The notes under the pieces were generated by a model that had not been told where the DNA came from, did no database searches, and saw nothing but the letters and a program-made list of their open reading frames with translations. Both the position numbers and the translations under genes were made by a program. DNA of 64,000 bases from an uncultured Actinomycetota bacterium (GTDB taxonomy: Bacteria > Actinomycetota > Thermoleophilia > RBG-16-64-13): positions 21,216 to 85,215 of the forward strand of contig CAWDOM010000003.1 of assembly GCA_963803925.1 (NCBI GenBank), read 5' to 3'. Shown in pieces: positions 1 to 9,972 of the stretch (position 1 is its first letter; the number at the start of each line of letters is the position of its first letter).

Positions 1-2275
1 GATCGAGCGTGTAGACCAAGGTTCCGCTCTGATCTCTGTCGTTCGTGTCGTAGATGCGCGCCTGCTCCAATTCTCTGAGGCTCAGTGAGCCGTCACACCG
101 GAAGCCGCTCGCATCGGTCACCGCGCCCGTGGTGGGGTCGGCGTCGAAATCGTAGTAGACGGTGGCCGCGCTATCGCCGTTGCCGACCGGGGTTACCCAC
201 ACCGGGTTGCCGTTCTCTAGTGGATTGGTGCCCGAGTCTGGGTCGCGGCCGATACCGAGTCCGACGAGGGCCTCTGTCGTCAGCATCGACTCGGGGATCA
301 TCGTGTAGCTCCAGTCCCACGCCTGGTTGTACGTGCCACCGTTGGTGCTGGCCGAGTCGGTGGTCGAGTAGGCGTAGAACACGGCGCCGTTCGCCGGCTT
401 GACCGGTACGGCGCTGATCGCCCACGGTAGGCTCGTGCCGGCGCGCCAGTCGATGTTCGTGTTGAAGCCGGTCGCGGTCTCGATGCTGCTCGCGCTCCGC
501 ATCCGGAGAACGGTGCCGCTGGCGGCGGCTCGAGCCAGAATATCGCCCCATATCTTGGTCTCCCCGCCGTCGACCGAGTACCCGCCAGGGTCGCTGTTGT
601 TGACCCGCGCGGTCGCGACTACGTTGTAGACCACCTGCCCGACATTCGTGCCCACATCGACCATCTGGTCGCGCGAGGTGTTCGCCGAATTCGAGGCGAA
701 TCGACCCAGGGCCGAAGAGAGGCCCCGCGATATGTCGGCGCCGGTGAAGGTGGTGGCTCCGGCCAGGAACGGGCGAGATCCGTTGAGCGTGACGACAACG
801 TTGGCGGTCGTGCTCGCCGACGGGTTCGCGAGAGCCCAGATCTCGGTCTGCGGGCGAGTATTGGGAGTCCCGCCCCCGCCCGTAGGAGCCATCACCCGGC
901 CCACGAGCTTCAGCGGCGTGCCTCCGAAGGTCACGCTGCCCACGTCACACTGGGTGTTCGCGTCGTTGCCCACGGCCACGCCGACGATCAGCAACCGGTT
1001 CGCCCCGGCCGGCGTGGTGTGCGAGAAGGTCAAGGTGCTCGCCGACGCGTCACCGGTCGTGCCGGTACTGTTCGCGGCGGCTGAGACCGTGGCGGGAGTC
1101 GAGAAGAAGCGCGATCCTACGCCCGCGGCGCCGTTTTCGAGAATCTGCTTGCCCGTCGAGCCGGCGGGCACCGAAAGATTGCTCGAGGTGAGTGTGCCGG
1201 TAGTGCTACGCCTCTGATACGTCACCGTAATGGCGCTCGAACCGGGGTTGTAGAGCCACACGGTCGTACGTTCGTCTCCGTCCTGGGAGCTGACGTTGTA
1301 AGTCGAAACCGGAGTGTAGTAACTGTCGTCCCACCAGGAGGTGGGCATGAGCGCCGAGTCACGGCTCTCGTAGTTCGACCCGATGTCGCCCGAGTAGATG
1401 TCGACCTGGACGGGCTTGTTGGAGACGACTCGCGCCCCCAACACGACCCCGGTCACGTACGTGCTCTGCCCTTCGGTCAGGACGACCGCCTGCTTGTCGT
1501 TCGCGTCGAGGTAGTCACCGTCGTTGTTCGCGTCGACCGAGATCGTGGCGCCGTCCTCTCCGGCCATGATCGAAAGAGCGGTGAGTTGGAACATGTCGTA
1601 GCTGTTGGCCACGTTCGTGCCGATGGGCGCCCGATAGTCGGTGCCCCAACTGTTGGTGTCGAAGACCTCGACGCAGCCGGCGAACAGGGTCCGGCTGGTG
1701 GCGGCCCAACTCGACCGGGTCATGGCGACGGTCTTGGTGGCGGCGATCTTGTCGCCGCCATCGAAGTCGTACTCGATCGACTGGCGAGTCGCGACATAGA
1801 TATCATTGGTGAGATGAATGACGGTGCCGGCGTTGATCACGTCACCGGGAATGCCGGGAGGCGCCCCGTTGGCCGGGTTGCCATCGCCCCAGATCTGGGT
1901 GCCGCCGGTGTTCGAGGCGGTGTAGATGTTGTACGTGTTGGCGATATCGATGTCGTAGCCGTTCTCCCACTGATCGTAGTAGATGATCGTGTGGTTGGCT
2001 ACGGCCGCGATGGTGATGTAGCTGGTTACGGGATCGGCCGCGGCGGTGTTGATGGTGTCCATCAAGGTGAGCAACTGGTCTTCGGGGAACGGCACGTAGA
2101 AGAACTGGACGGGCATCGCCACCGCGGCCGCGGGTAACGCGAGGAGGCAGATGATGGCGATGGCGACCAGCGCGAGTGTCAGCGCAGCCAGCCGCTTGCG
2201 TTTCACCGGACCCGGACTCGACCCACGAGCCGTCTGACCGGCGAAGCCGCCGTCTACCGTCCATTTTCGAAGCAT
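1..2275 (-). CDS. Large secreted surface/adhesin-like protein, 5' part (continues beyond left edge)
   Basis: Not in the ORF track because it has no stop in the window. Manual translation from ATG at 2275 (SD GGAGGG): MLRKW...KRKRLAALTLALVAIAIICLLALPAAAVA (signal peptide), then MPVQFFYVPFPED...IIYYDQWENGYDIDI...QIWGDGNPANG..., apparently open to position 1; Thr/Gly/Asp-rich extracellular composition. Confidence 0.8.
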   Translation of the reverse strand, partial: MLRKWTVDGGFAGQTARGSSPGPVKRKRLAALTLALVAIAIICLLALPAAAVAMPVQFFYVPFPEDQLLTLMDTINTAAADPVTSYITIAAVANHTIIYYDQWENGYDIDIANTYNIYTASNTGGTQIWGDGNPANGAPPGIPGDVINAGTVIHLTNDIYVATRQSIEYDFDGGDKIAATKTVAMTRSSWAATSRTLFAGCVEVFDTNSWGTDYRAPIGTNVANSYDMFQLTALSIMAGEDGATISVDANNDGDYLDANDKQAVVLTEGQSTYVTGVVLGARVVSNKPVQVDIYSGDIGSNYESRDSALMPTSWWDDSYYTPVSTYNVSSQDGDERTTVWLYNPGSSAITVTYQRRSTTGTLTSSNLSVPAGSTGKQILENGAAGVGSRFFSTPATVSAAANSTGTTGDASASTLTFSHTTPAGANRLLIVGVAVGNDANTQCDVGSVTFGGTPLKLVGRVMAPTGGGGTPNTRPQTEIWALANPSASTTANVVVTLNGSRPFLAGATTFTGADISRGLSSALGRFASNSANTSRDQMVDVGTNVGQVVYNVVATARVNNSDPGGYSVDGGETKIWGDILARAAASGTVLRMRSASSIETATGFNTNIDWRAGTSLPWAISAVPVKPANGAVFYAYSTTDSASTNGGTYNQAWDWSYTMIPESMLTTEALVGLGIGRDPDSGTNPLENGNPVWVTPVGNGDSAATVYYDFDADPTTGAVTDASGFRCDGSLSLRELEQARIYDTNDRDQSGTLVYTLD

Positions 2276-2362
2276 AGTCCCTCCCTCAGACGACATCATA
2301 GGCGCCCGCTCTGGCCGTGCCCAACCTCGTGCTATTCGGTAGAAGCGATACCTTGATGGTAA

Positions 2363-2390
2363 GTATCGGCATTCTCAGCCAAATCGCTTA
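2363..2390 (-). promoter_or_regulatory. Putative sigma-28 (FliA/WhiG/SigD)-type promoter
   Basis: Minus strand TAAG-N16-GCCGATAC about 90 nt upstream of the surface protein ATG; consensus is TAAA-N15/16-GCCGATAA. Confidence 0.5.
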
Positions 2391-2510
2391 CTTGCGCCCT
2401 TCCACACAATACGACTTTCGCCCCGACACTCCTTGCACTCCCGTGCACCGTACTGCCTGGCGTTGCACTCTGCGTCGAGGTAACCTTATGGAACCGGTAA
2501 GGAGGCCGCC

Positions 2511-3098
2511 ATGTCAAGCGACGGAGCCAAGGGAACGAGCATCGTCTCGCGAATCGCCTCGAGCAGGCCGCTACTCCTCGGGATCGGGGTGCTGATCGTG
2601 GTCATCGTCGCGGTGGTGGTAGTCGTGGCGGTCGTGGCTACCCGCGACAGCGATCCGGATGATGCCCGTCTCGCCGACGAGGGCGCATCCGCCGCCGTTA
2701 CATCGCCCTTCGACATGACCGAACTCCCGGCCGACACGTCGCTCGACCTGGTCTCGGAGGCATCATTCGTGAGCATACTCGTGCCGAACGAGAACGGTTC
2801 GCTCACCAGCTACGGCGTCAGCGCCGATCTACCGGCGGCTCGTGCGCTGGCTGTAGCTGTCGCCGATGCGGAGCAGGTCGACGAAGACATCGCCGCCTCG
2901 GTCACCGCCACCACGGTACCGCTCGCGAGCGGCTCCACGGGCGGCACCGCTACTATCACCTTCGTCCTTGCCTCACGTGAGACGCTCTCCTTCGCGCTTG
3001 CTCTCGACGAAGGGCTGATCGCCCGCGAGGGGAAGGCCTGGAGACCCGAGGGAGACCTCAGGGCGCTCGTCGAGGCCGCCATAAAATCCCCGCAATAG
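2511..3098 (+). CDS. Hypothetical membrane-anchored protein
   Basis: SD AAGGAGG before ATG; one N-terminal hydrophobic helix followed by an acidic soluble domain. Confidence 0.7.
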   Translation: MSSDGAKGTSIVSRIASSRPLLLGIGVLIVVIVAVVVVVAVVATRDSDPDDARLADEGASAAVTSPFDMTELPADTSLDLVSEASFVSILVPNENGSLTSYGVSADLPAARALAVAVADAEQVDEDIAASVTATTVPLASGSTGGTATITFVLASRETLSFALALDEGLIAREGKAWRPEGDLRALVEAAIKSPQ

Positions 3099-3204
3099 GT
3101 TAAAATCCCTCGAGACAACACCCGGCGCCTGGGGGGCTGCTGAGAAACGAAGCCGCGGTCACCGAGCCACGTGTGCCGGCCCAATCGAATGCGAGGGGTA
3201 CGAC

Positions 3205-4263
3205 ATGCCCGATAGGATCTACGGTCCGGTGGAGCAGGGTCCCGCGGTCGACGCCACTATCCTCGAACAAGCGGAGCCCGTGTCCCGAACCTCTCAGGCC
3301 GTGCTGCAGGACGACGAGATGCGCGAAGTGGCCCGTCGGGCCTCGCAGGTTGCCGCGAGCATCGGGTCGGTGATCATCGGCAAAGAGGAAGTCATCCGTG
3401 CGTGCGTCGTCGCGCTTCTTGCCGGCGGACACCTGATCGTCGAGGACTTCCCGGGGGTCGGCAAGACCCTCCTCGCCAAGTCTCTGGCCCGCTCCATCGA
3501 TTGTAGGTTCGCCCGGGTGCAGTTCACGCCCGACCTTCTGCCCAGCGACGTGACGGGCGTCAGCGTCTTCAACCAGAAGCGCGGCGAGTTCGAGTTCCGC
3601 CCAGGTCCCATCTTCGCCAACATCGTCCTTGCCGACGAGATCAATCGCGCCTCTCCCAAAACGCAGTCGAGCCTGCTTGAGTGCATGGAGGAGCGCCAGG
3701 CCACGGTCGATGGCGTGACCCACCTCATCGACCCGCCCTTCATGGTCATAGCGACGCAGAACCCCATCGAGTACGAAGGCACCTACCCGCTCCCCGAAGC
3801 GCAACTCGACCGCTTCATGATGCGTCTCAGCCTAGGCTACCCGTCGACCGAAGCCGAGGAGAGCATCATCCAGGAGCAAACATCTCGTAGTCCGCTGGCC
3901 GAGTTGACGCCGGTCATCGACGGCGCCGACGTGCTGATCATGACCGAGGCCGTCACCCGGGTGCGCGTAGCCCCGGCGCTCCGACGCTACATCGTCGAGA
4001 TCCTCACGGCGACACGCGAGCACCGCGACGTCTATCTGGGAGCCAGTCCGCGGGCGGGAGTCGCCCTCATGCGGGCCGCCAAGGCGCTCGCCCTGCTCCG
4101 CGGCCGCGATTTCGTGGTCCCCAAGGACGTCAAAGACCTGGCAGTACGGTGCCTCGCCCACCGCATCATGTTGTCTCCCGACGCCAAGGTGCACGGCGTC
4201 ACGGCTGAATCGGTGGTCGGCAAGCTTATCGAGACGGTGCCGGTGCCACAAAGCGGAGGCTGA
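3205..4263 (+). CDS. moxR: MoxR family AAA+ ATPase
   Basis: EDFPGVGKT Walker A, RVQFTPDLLPSDVTG, LADEINRASPKTQSSLLE, ATQNPIEYEGTYPLPEAQLDRF. Confidence 0.95.
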   Translation: MPDRIYGPVEQGPAVDATILEQAEPVSRTSQAVLQDDEMREVARRASQVAASIGSVIIGKEEVIRACVVALLAGGHLIVEDFPGVGKTLLAKSLARSIDCRFARVQFTPDLLPSDVTGVSVFNQKRGEFEFRPGPIFANIVLADEINRASPKTQSSLLECMEERQATVDGVTHLIDPPFMVIATQNPIEYEGTYPLPEAQLDRFMMRLSLGYPSTEAEESIIQEQTSRSPLAELTPVIDGADVLIMTEAVTRVRVAPALRRYIVEILTATREHRDVYLGASPRAGVALMRAAKALALLRGRDFVVPKDVKDLAVRCLAHRIMLSPDAKVHGVTAESVVGKLIETVPVPQSGG

Positions 4264-4266
4264 GAC

Positions 4267-5598
4267 GTGGCCTATCCGACCCTGCGCGGCTATGCGCTGC
4301 TCGCTCTTGCGGCCGCGACCTACTTCGCCGCGCGCGTCGTCGGAACCTGGGAGTTGTACCTCTTCGCCTTCGCGTTTCTGGGAGCCTTCGCCGTCGCCTG
4401 GCTCTCGGTGATCCTGACCGGCCGGCGGCTTCAGGCGACCCGGGCCTTCACTCCCGAGCGCCCGGTGGCTGGTGACGAACCCGAACTCATCGTCACGCTC
4501 AAGAATGCTTCTCTTCTGCCCGGTCCGGAGCTCGTGCTCCGGAATCAACTCGGGGGCATGAGCAAAGGCGACCTCGAGGTCGAGGTCGAGGGGATGGCCC
4601 CTCGCGGCTCCCAGGTGCTGAGGGGTCACACCGGCCGGGTGAACCGAGGCGTACACGTGCTGCCGAGCGCCGAAGCCGTAGCCGAGGACCACCTGGGGCT
4701 CAGCCGTTCTTCGCACAAGATCAGCGAGCCCCTCATCGTGACCGTTCTGCCCCGCACCGTCCGCCTCGACTCCTGCGTGCTCTATCCCGACATCGGCCTC
4801 AGGCACGACTGGAGCGGCCGCCAGGGTCTCAGGGCGTTTGGCGCGTCCGAGTTCCGGGGCATCCGTCCTCACCAGCCCGGTGAACCCCTCAGCCGCATCG
4901 ACTGGAAGAGCACGGCCAAAACCGGCAGTCTCATGCTCCGCGAGATGGACGAACCGGCCGGCGCTGATGTCACCCTTCTGCTCGACGGCACGGCCGACCG
5001 CCTCCGGGGAGAAGCTCCCGACACCAACTTCGAACTCGCCGTGCGCGCCGCCGGCAGTGTCGGCGACTACGTACTGCGCGCCAACCGGAGCGTCAGCCTC
5101 CTGTGTCACGAACGCGGCTGGCGTCAGGTCCGCCTCACCGCCGACGGCTCCGGCCGTCGCGGCCTACTTCAGACACTGGCCGAGACCAAACCCAACGCCG
5201 GCAGCCCCCTCGTCAACGCGCTCCGGCACCTCCGCACCGACGGTCCTCATCTGCTCCACTCCCAGAGTGTCACCGTGGTGTCGATCTCGCTCGACCGCCA
5301 TCTGGTCCGCGGCCTGCTCCAACTCCAGGAGGACGGGGCGAACCTTGCCTTCGTATACGTCGCGGGCGAAGGCTTCGCGGCCCACGCGGAGGAGGAGAAG
5401 TCGGCACTGCTCCCCTTCCTGCCGCCTACCGGACCCTCGACCGAATCTCGGCCGGGCAACTCTCTCTCGGCGGAGTCGCGCGCGCTGCTGTTGTCGCTTT
5501 CCACGGCGGGCATACCCTGCCTCACGCTCGAGCGTGGAGACGACCTTGTACGGCGGCTCTCGCTCATGCAAGCATCCCGCCGTAGCGGAGCCGTGTGA
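4267..5598 (+). CDS. DUF58 domain protein
   Basis: N-terminal TM helices; EFRGIRPHQPGEPLSRIDWKSTAK motif; canonical position after moxR. Confidence 0.9.
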   Translation: MAYPTLRGYALLALAAATYFAARVVGTWELYLFAFAFLGAFAVAWLSVILTGRRLQATRAFTPERPVAGDEPELIVTLKNASLLPGPELVLRNQLGGMSKGDLEVEVEGMAPRGSQVLRGHTGRVNRGVHVLPSAEAVAEDHLGLSRSSHKISEPLIVTVLPRTVRLDSCVLYPDIGLRHDWSGRQGLRAFGASEFRGIRPHQPGEPLSRIDWKSTAKTGSLMLREMDEPAGADVTLLLDGTADRLRGEAPDTNFELAVRAAGSVGDYVLRANRSVSLLCHERGWRQVRLTADGSGRRGLLQTLAETKPNAGSPLVNALRHLRTDGPHLLHSQSVTVVSISLDRHLVRGLLQLQEDGANLAFVYVAGEGFAAHAEEEKSALLPFLPPTGPSTESRPGNSLSAESRALLLSLSTAGIPCLTLERGDDLVRRLSLMQASRRSGAV

Positions 5599-5605
5599 GG
5601 CGCGC

Positions 5606-7852
5606 ATGAAGGTCGTCCCCCGTATTCTCTACCTGGCGGCCTTCTTGGGCCTGGCCGTGGTCGCCATGGTCGCGTTCGACACGATCGTGCGCCCATCGAT
5701 GAGCGAGGTTCTCACTCGCGGCGTATTCATCGCCACGCTGTGCGCGGCTCCCGGGCTCATCTACCGCAAGCTGTGGCCCCTCGCGATCATCCTGCTGCCG
5801 ATCGGCTGTTATGTCTTCGTACGCACGGTGATGCCTGTGCCGACCATCGTCGAAGGAGCCGGAGCGCAGTATCACTTCTACGTCGAACGGCTCTACCAGG
5901 GCTTGCTCGCCTACAAGAGCTCAACGTTTCCTCTGCTCGTGTGGGAGTCGACGGAGCTTCATCTCGTAGTAGCGTTCGTCATCTTCTGGCTGGTCGGCGC
6001 GGCCGCGCTTTCTGCGCTCTCGCTACGGCAACCCCTGCCGGCGATCGTTCTCGTCATGATCATGCTCGGCTTCACCATGACCGTCGATACTTCGACGCGC
6101 GCGCTCTGGCCGGCTGTGGTCTTCTTGATCCTGGCAGCGTGTCTCTTCGTGTTCTCCCGTAGTCTCGACCGTGTTCGCTGGCGACTGCGCGACGCCTTCG
6201 CCGGAGCGCTGGTGGGGGCGGTGGGGGCGGGGCTGAGCCTCCTCCTGCTGGTCGCCGCTCCCTCGACGGCGTCCGCGGCCTGGTACGACTGGCGCACCTG
6301 GGACCTCCAGGGCGGCTCGGTCTACACCTTCAACTGGTTGCAGAACTACCCGAGCCTGCTCGACCCGGCTAACAACACACCCGTCATGACCGTCTCGTCG
6401 CCATCCGCCTCGTACTGGCGGGCCAACGCTCTCGACAACTTCACAGGCAACGCCTGGGTGACATCGCAGGCTTTCACACGCAGGCTGCCCGCTGTCCTCC
6501 GAGACGGCACGTACCTCTACAGCATCCCCGACTATGAGCCCACACCATCCGGCCAGACCGTCATGGAGCGATTCTCTCTGAATGACTCGATCTCCACCAA
6601 CTACGTGTTCATCGGTGGCGATGCCGTATCGATCTCGATCGACCGCGACATCGCCCCGCGACTGAACGGCATGAGGTCGGTGCGGGTGAGCACGCCGCTC
6701 GCGTCGGGCGTCGACTACTCCGTGTCGGCCATCATTCCGCGAGTGAGTCCAAAGGATCTGGTCTCGCTTGGCCGCGCCTATCCGGGCGAGATGGCGGCGT
6801 ATCTGACCCTCCCGTTCACACGTCTCGCCGACCTCGATGGCCCCGACAAGGCAGCGGCCTGGCGCGCCGCTCTCTCCGAGGACTCACCGGTCGCTTCCGA
6901 GTGGGCCGGGCTCTTCTCCTTGAACGAGACCATCGTCCGCGAGGCCTCCGATCCCTACCAGATCGTCTTGCGGGTGGAGCAGTACCTCCGCAGGTTCTAC
7001 TCGTACTCACTCGCGCCTCCCGCGAGCACCTACTCCTCCCCCTATGCGGCCTTCTTGTTCGATACGCGTTCGGGCTACTGCCAGCATTTCGCCGGCGCCA
7101 TGGCCCTGCTGCTGCGCTATAACGGCATCCCCGCCCGGGTGGCGGTCGGCTTCACTTCCGGCGAGCAGACCTCCGGCGGGCTCTACAAGGTGACCACCAA
7201 CAACGCGCACGCTTGGGTGGAGGCCTTCTTCCCCACGGTCGGGTGGATGGTCTTCGACCCCACACCTGGGCGAAGTGTGCCCATCGCGGGGGCCTCCTCC
7301 ACTTCACCAGGGTTTGTGAACCCCTTCACCGAGCCGTCGCCGGACGGAGCGACCCCCACCACCATGCCGCCGCGCGACCCGGACGAGGGCCCGCGGACCA
7401 CCGACGCCCCGACCCAGGGCCAAGGTGCGGGTTGGCTGAGTCGAGCCGCTTGGCTGCCGTGGGTCGTGGGCGCGGTGGCACTCATCGGCGGCTGGCCTTT
7501 CGCCCGTGGCCTCTGGCGGCGTCGCGGCCTGCATCGCGGCACGCGCGAGAGGCGCGTCCAAGCTTCGCTCGAGCTCCTTCACCGCGACCTTCACGACTAC
7601 GGCGCTCCGGTCAGCGCCTCCCAGACGCTCGAAGAGGTCGTGGAGGGCATCAGAAGGCATGTGGGTCTGCAGGCCGACGCCGACCTCGTGGAGAGAGCGC
7701 AGGCCATCCTGTTCGGGGGAAGCCGGGCCCAGCATCAAGACCTACGCCGGGTCGAGGCGTTCAGAGACTCCGTCAGATTGCGTCTCCGTAGACGCCACGG
7801 CTGGCTGCGCACGCTCTTCGCGTGGTACGGCGTGCCGCGTTTGCACTCCTGA
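5606..7852 (+). CDS. Membrane transglutaminase-like protein (TgpA/DUF3488 type)
   Basis: Multiple N-terminal TM helices; YWRA; GYCQHFAGAMALLLR, GIPARVAVGF, HAWVE, FDPTP (Cys-His-Asp triad). ATG 5606 preferred over the track start 4838. Confidence 0.9.
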   Translation: MKVVPRILYLAAFLGLAVVAMVAFDTIVRPSMSEVLTRGVFIATLCAAPGLIYRKLWPLAIILLPIGCYVFVRTVMPVPTIVEGAGAQYHFYVERLYQGLLAYKSSTFPLLVWESTELHLVVAFVIFWLVGAAALSALSLRQPLPAIVLVMIMLGFTMTVDTSTRALWPAVVFLILAACLFVFSRSLDRVRWRLRDAFAGALVGAVGAGLSLLLLVAAPSTASAAWYDWRTWDLQGGSVYTFNWLQNYPSLLDPANNTPVMTVSSPSASYWRANALDNFTGNAWVTSQAFTRRLPAVLRDGTYLYSIPDYEPTPSGQTVMERFSLNDSISTNYVFIGGDAVSISIDRDIAPRLNGMRSVRVSTPLASGVDYSVSAIIPRVSPKDLVSLGRAYPGEMAAYLTLPFTRLADLDGPDKAAAWRAALSEDSPVASEWAGLFSLNETIVREASDPYQIVLRVEQYLRRFYSYSLAPPASTYSSPYAAFLFDTRSGYCQHFAGAMALLLRYNGIPARVAVGFTSGEQTSGGLYKVTTNNAHAWVEAFFPTVGWMVFDPTPGRSVPIAGASSTSPGFVNPFTEPSPDGATPTTMPPRDPDEGPRTTDAPTQGQGAGWLSRAAWLPWVVGAVALIGGWPFARGLWRRRGLHRGTRERRVQASLELLHRDLHDYGAPVSASQTLEEVVEGIRRHVGLQADADLVERAQAILFGGSRAQHQDLRRVEAFRDSVRLRLRRRHGWLRTLFAWYGVPRLHS

Positions 7853-7867
7853 GATACAATGCATGCC

Positions 7868-8122
7868 GTGAAAACAGAGGAGACAACAACCACCAAGGTC
7901 AGAAAGCTGCCTGTCTTCGACTTGAAGCGTTGCAAGCGCTGCGGCATCTGCACTCACTTCTGCCCCGAGGGCGCGCTGGTGGAACTCGAGAGCGGCATCC
8001 CCGTGCTCAAGTTCCCCGAGAAATGCACCTCGTGCGCCCTGTGCGAAGACATGTGCCCCGATTGGGCTGTGTGCTTGACCGCCCCCGAACAGGGGGGACC
8101 CACTACGGCGGAGACCTCCTAG
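7868..8122 (+). CDS. 2x[4Fe-4S] ferredoxin
   Basis: CKRCGICTHFCP and CTSCALCEDMCP motifs; GTG start 7 nt after TACAAT. Confidence 0.9.
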   Translation: MKTEETTTTKVRKLPVFDLKRCKRCGICTHFCPEGALVELESGIPVLKFPEKCTSCALCEDMCPDWAVCLTAPEQGGPTTAETS

Positions 8123-8301
8123 GAGCTCGTTTCCGAATGGAGTTCCGCCGCGAGGGACATGCTGGACGAGTGCGAGGCAAGGACACAGGGAGCGCCCGCA
8201 GCAGGTTGCGAACGCGCCCGGCGTCGGCCGATCGTGCCGCCGGCCGCACACAAGACGGCCGCGAGGTCATGTTGCGACGAGTTGCGTGAAGGCAGGTCAA
8301 A

Positions 8302-9510
8302 GTGGCTGAGGTGATCTATCTGGACCATGCCTCGACGACTCCGGCCGACCCGGAGGTCGTGGCAGCCATGCTGCCCTGGTGCGGCGAACAATTCGGCAAT
8401 CCTTCGACCGTCTACAGTCTGGGCCTCACCTCGGCGAGCGCCGTCGAGCGGGCTCGGCAGACCATCGCCGAGTGCCTCGGGGCCGAGACCGGCGAGATCT
8501 ACTTCACGAGCGGCGGCACCGAAGCCGACAACTGGGCCATTCTCGGGGCCGCGGAGGCCCAGCAGAAGAAGGGCCGGCACCTCATCACTTCCACCATCGA
8601 GCACCACGCGGTGCTCGAGACCATGGAGTATCTCGAGAAGCGGGGCTATGAGGTGACACGCGTGCCGGTCGGCCCGGCCGGTTTGGTCGATCCCGACGAT
8701 GTGCGCAAGGCCATTAGACCCGACACTATCCTGGTGTCGATAATGCACGCCAACAACGAGGTGGGCACGGTCCAACCCATCGCGGAGATAGGCAAGATCA
8801 CCCGCGAGGCCGGCGTGCTCCTCCACACCGACGCGGTGCAGACCGCCGGCAAGCTCCCACTCGACGTCAACCAGTTGGGCGTGGACATGCTCTCGATCAG
8901 CGCCCACAAGTTCTACGGCCCCAAGGGGGTCGGCCTGCTGTATCTGCGCAAGCGCACCCGAATCAGCCCGCTACTGCACGGTGGCGGCCAGGAGAGAGGC
9001 CGCCGGGCCGGCACCACCAACGTGCCGGGCGTCGTGGGCATGGCCAAAGCCCTCGAACTGGCGCGCGACCGTATGGCCGACGACGCCGCGCGGGAACGCG
9101 AACTGCGAGACCGTTTGTGGAAGGGTCTCAGCGAAGGCATCCAGGCGCTCTATCTCAACGGCGACATGGAGCGCCGGTTGCCGGGCAACCTCAACGTGAG
9201 GCTCGACGGCATCGAGGGTGAATCGATGATACTCATGCTCGATATGGAAGGCATCTGCGTGTCCTCAGGCTCGGCCTGTACTACGGGCTCGCTCGAGCCC
9301 AGCCACGTGCTGCTCGCTCTCGGAATCCCGGCGGAGCACGCCCATGGATCTCTGCGAGTCACCCTCGGCAGAAGCACCACTGTCGAGGACATCGACCGCT
9401 TCATCGAGGTCTTCCCGCCCATCGTGGCACGGCTGCGCGAGATGTCGCCCGTCTGGTGCGCCAACTGTATATGCAAGATGAACAAAGACGCTCTGTCAGC
9501 AAAGGACTAA
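8302..9510 (+). CDS. nifS: Cysteine desulfurase (NifS/IscS type)
   Basis: IYLDHASTTP, FTSGGTEADN, SAHKFYGPKG (PLP Lys), SSGSAC (catalytic Cys). Confidence 0.95.
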   Translation: MAEVIYLDHASTTPADPEVVAAMLPWCGEQFGNPSTVYSLGLTSASAVERARQTIAECLGAETGEIYFTSGGTEADNWAILGAAEAQQKKGRHLITSTIEHHAVLETMEYLEKRGYEVTRVPVGPAGLVDPDDVRKAIRPDTILVSIMHANNEVGTVQPIAEIGKITREAGVLLHTDAVQTAGKLPLDVNQLGVDMLSISAHKFYGPKGVGLLYLRKRTRISPLLHGGGQERGRRAGTTNVPGVVGMAKALELARDRMADDAARERELRDRLWKGLSEGIQALYLNGDMERRLPGNLNVRLDGIEGESMILMLDMEGICVSSGSACTTGSLEPSHVLLALGIPAEHAHGSLRVTLGRSTTVEDIDRFIEVFPPIVARLREMSPVWCANCICKMNKDALSAKD

Positions 9511-9512
9511 CC

Positions 9513-9887
9513 ATGTATTCAGAGCTTGTCATGGAGCACTTCCGCAATCCCCGCAACATGGGCGTCATCGACGATGCCGACGGCGTCGGCGAGGTCGGCA
9601 ACCCCCAGTGCGGCGACATGATGCGCATCACCATCAAGGTGAAAGAAGATGTGCTCGAAGACATCAAGTTCCAGACCCTTGGCTGCGGCGCCGCCGTCGC
9701 CACCTCGAGCATGGTCACCGAGATGGCCAAGGGCAAGAAGCTCGATGAAGCCCTGGAGATCACCAACAAGGCCGTTGCCGAGGCGCTGGGAGGCCTTCCG
9801 CCGGCCAAGATGCACTGCTCCAATCTGGCTGCCGATGGACTCCAAGCCGCCATCGAGGACTACCGGGCCAGGCACAAACCTGCCTAG
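9513..9887 (+). CDS. nifU: Fe-S cluster scaffold (IscU/NifU N-terminal type)
   Basis: MYSELVMEHFRNPRNMG, GNPQCGD, GCGAAVA, LPPAKMHCS; 2 nt after nifS stop. Confidence 0.95.
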   Translation: MYSELVMEHFRNPRNMGVIDDADGVGEVGNPQCGDMMRITIKVKEDVLEDIKFQTLGCGAAVATSSMVTEMAKGKKLDEALEITNKAVAEALGGLPPAKMHCSNLAADGLQAAIEDYRARHKPA

Positions 9888-9972
9888 CGAGTTGCGCGGA
9901 CACGGGATCGGGCCGCCGGGGCGCGGTCTCCGCGGGCGCGACGTTCTCCAGCGACTCTTTTGCTTCGCGTAC

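Noticed and set aside
85-2264. ORF-track entries in the first 2.3 kb
   Set aside because: Shadow frames of the long minus-strand gene that the track missed because it has no stop in the window
4838-5605. 1004-aa version of the transglutaminase ORF and similar long N-terminal extensions (16158, 19199, 20500, 33416, 59593)
   Set aside because: They overlap neighbouring real genes or leaders, have low-complexity Arg/Pro/Ser composition, and better starts exist downstream
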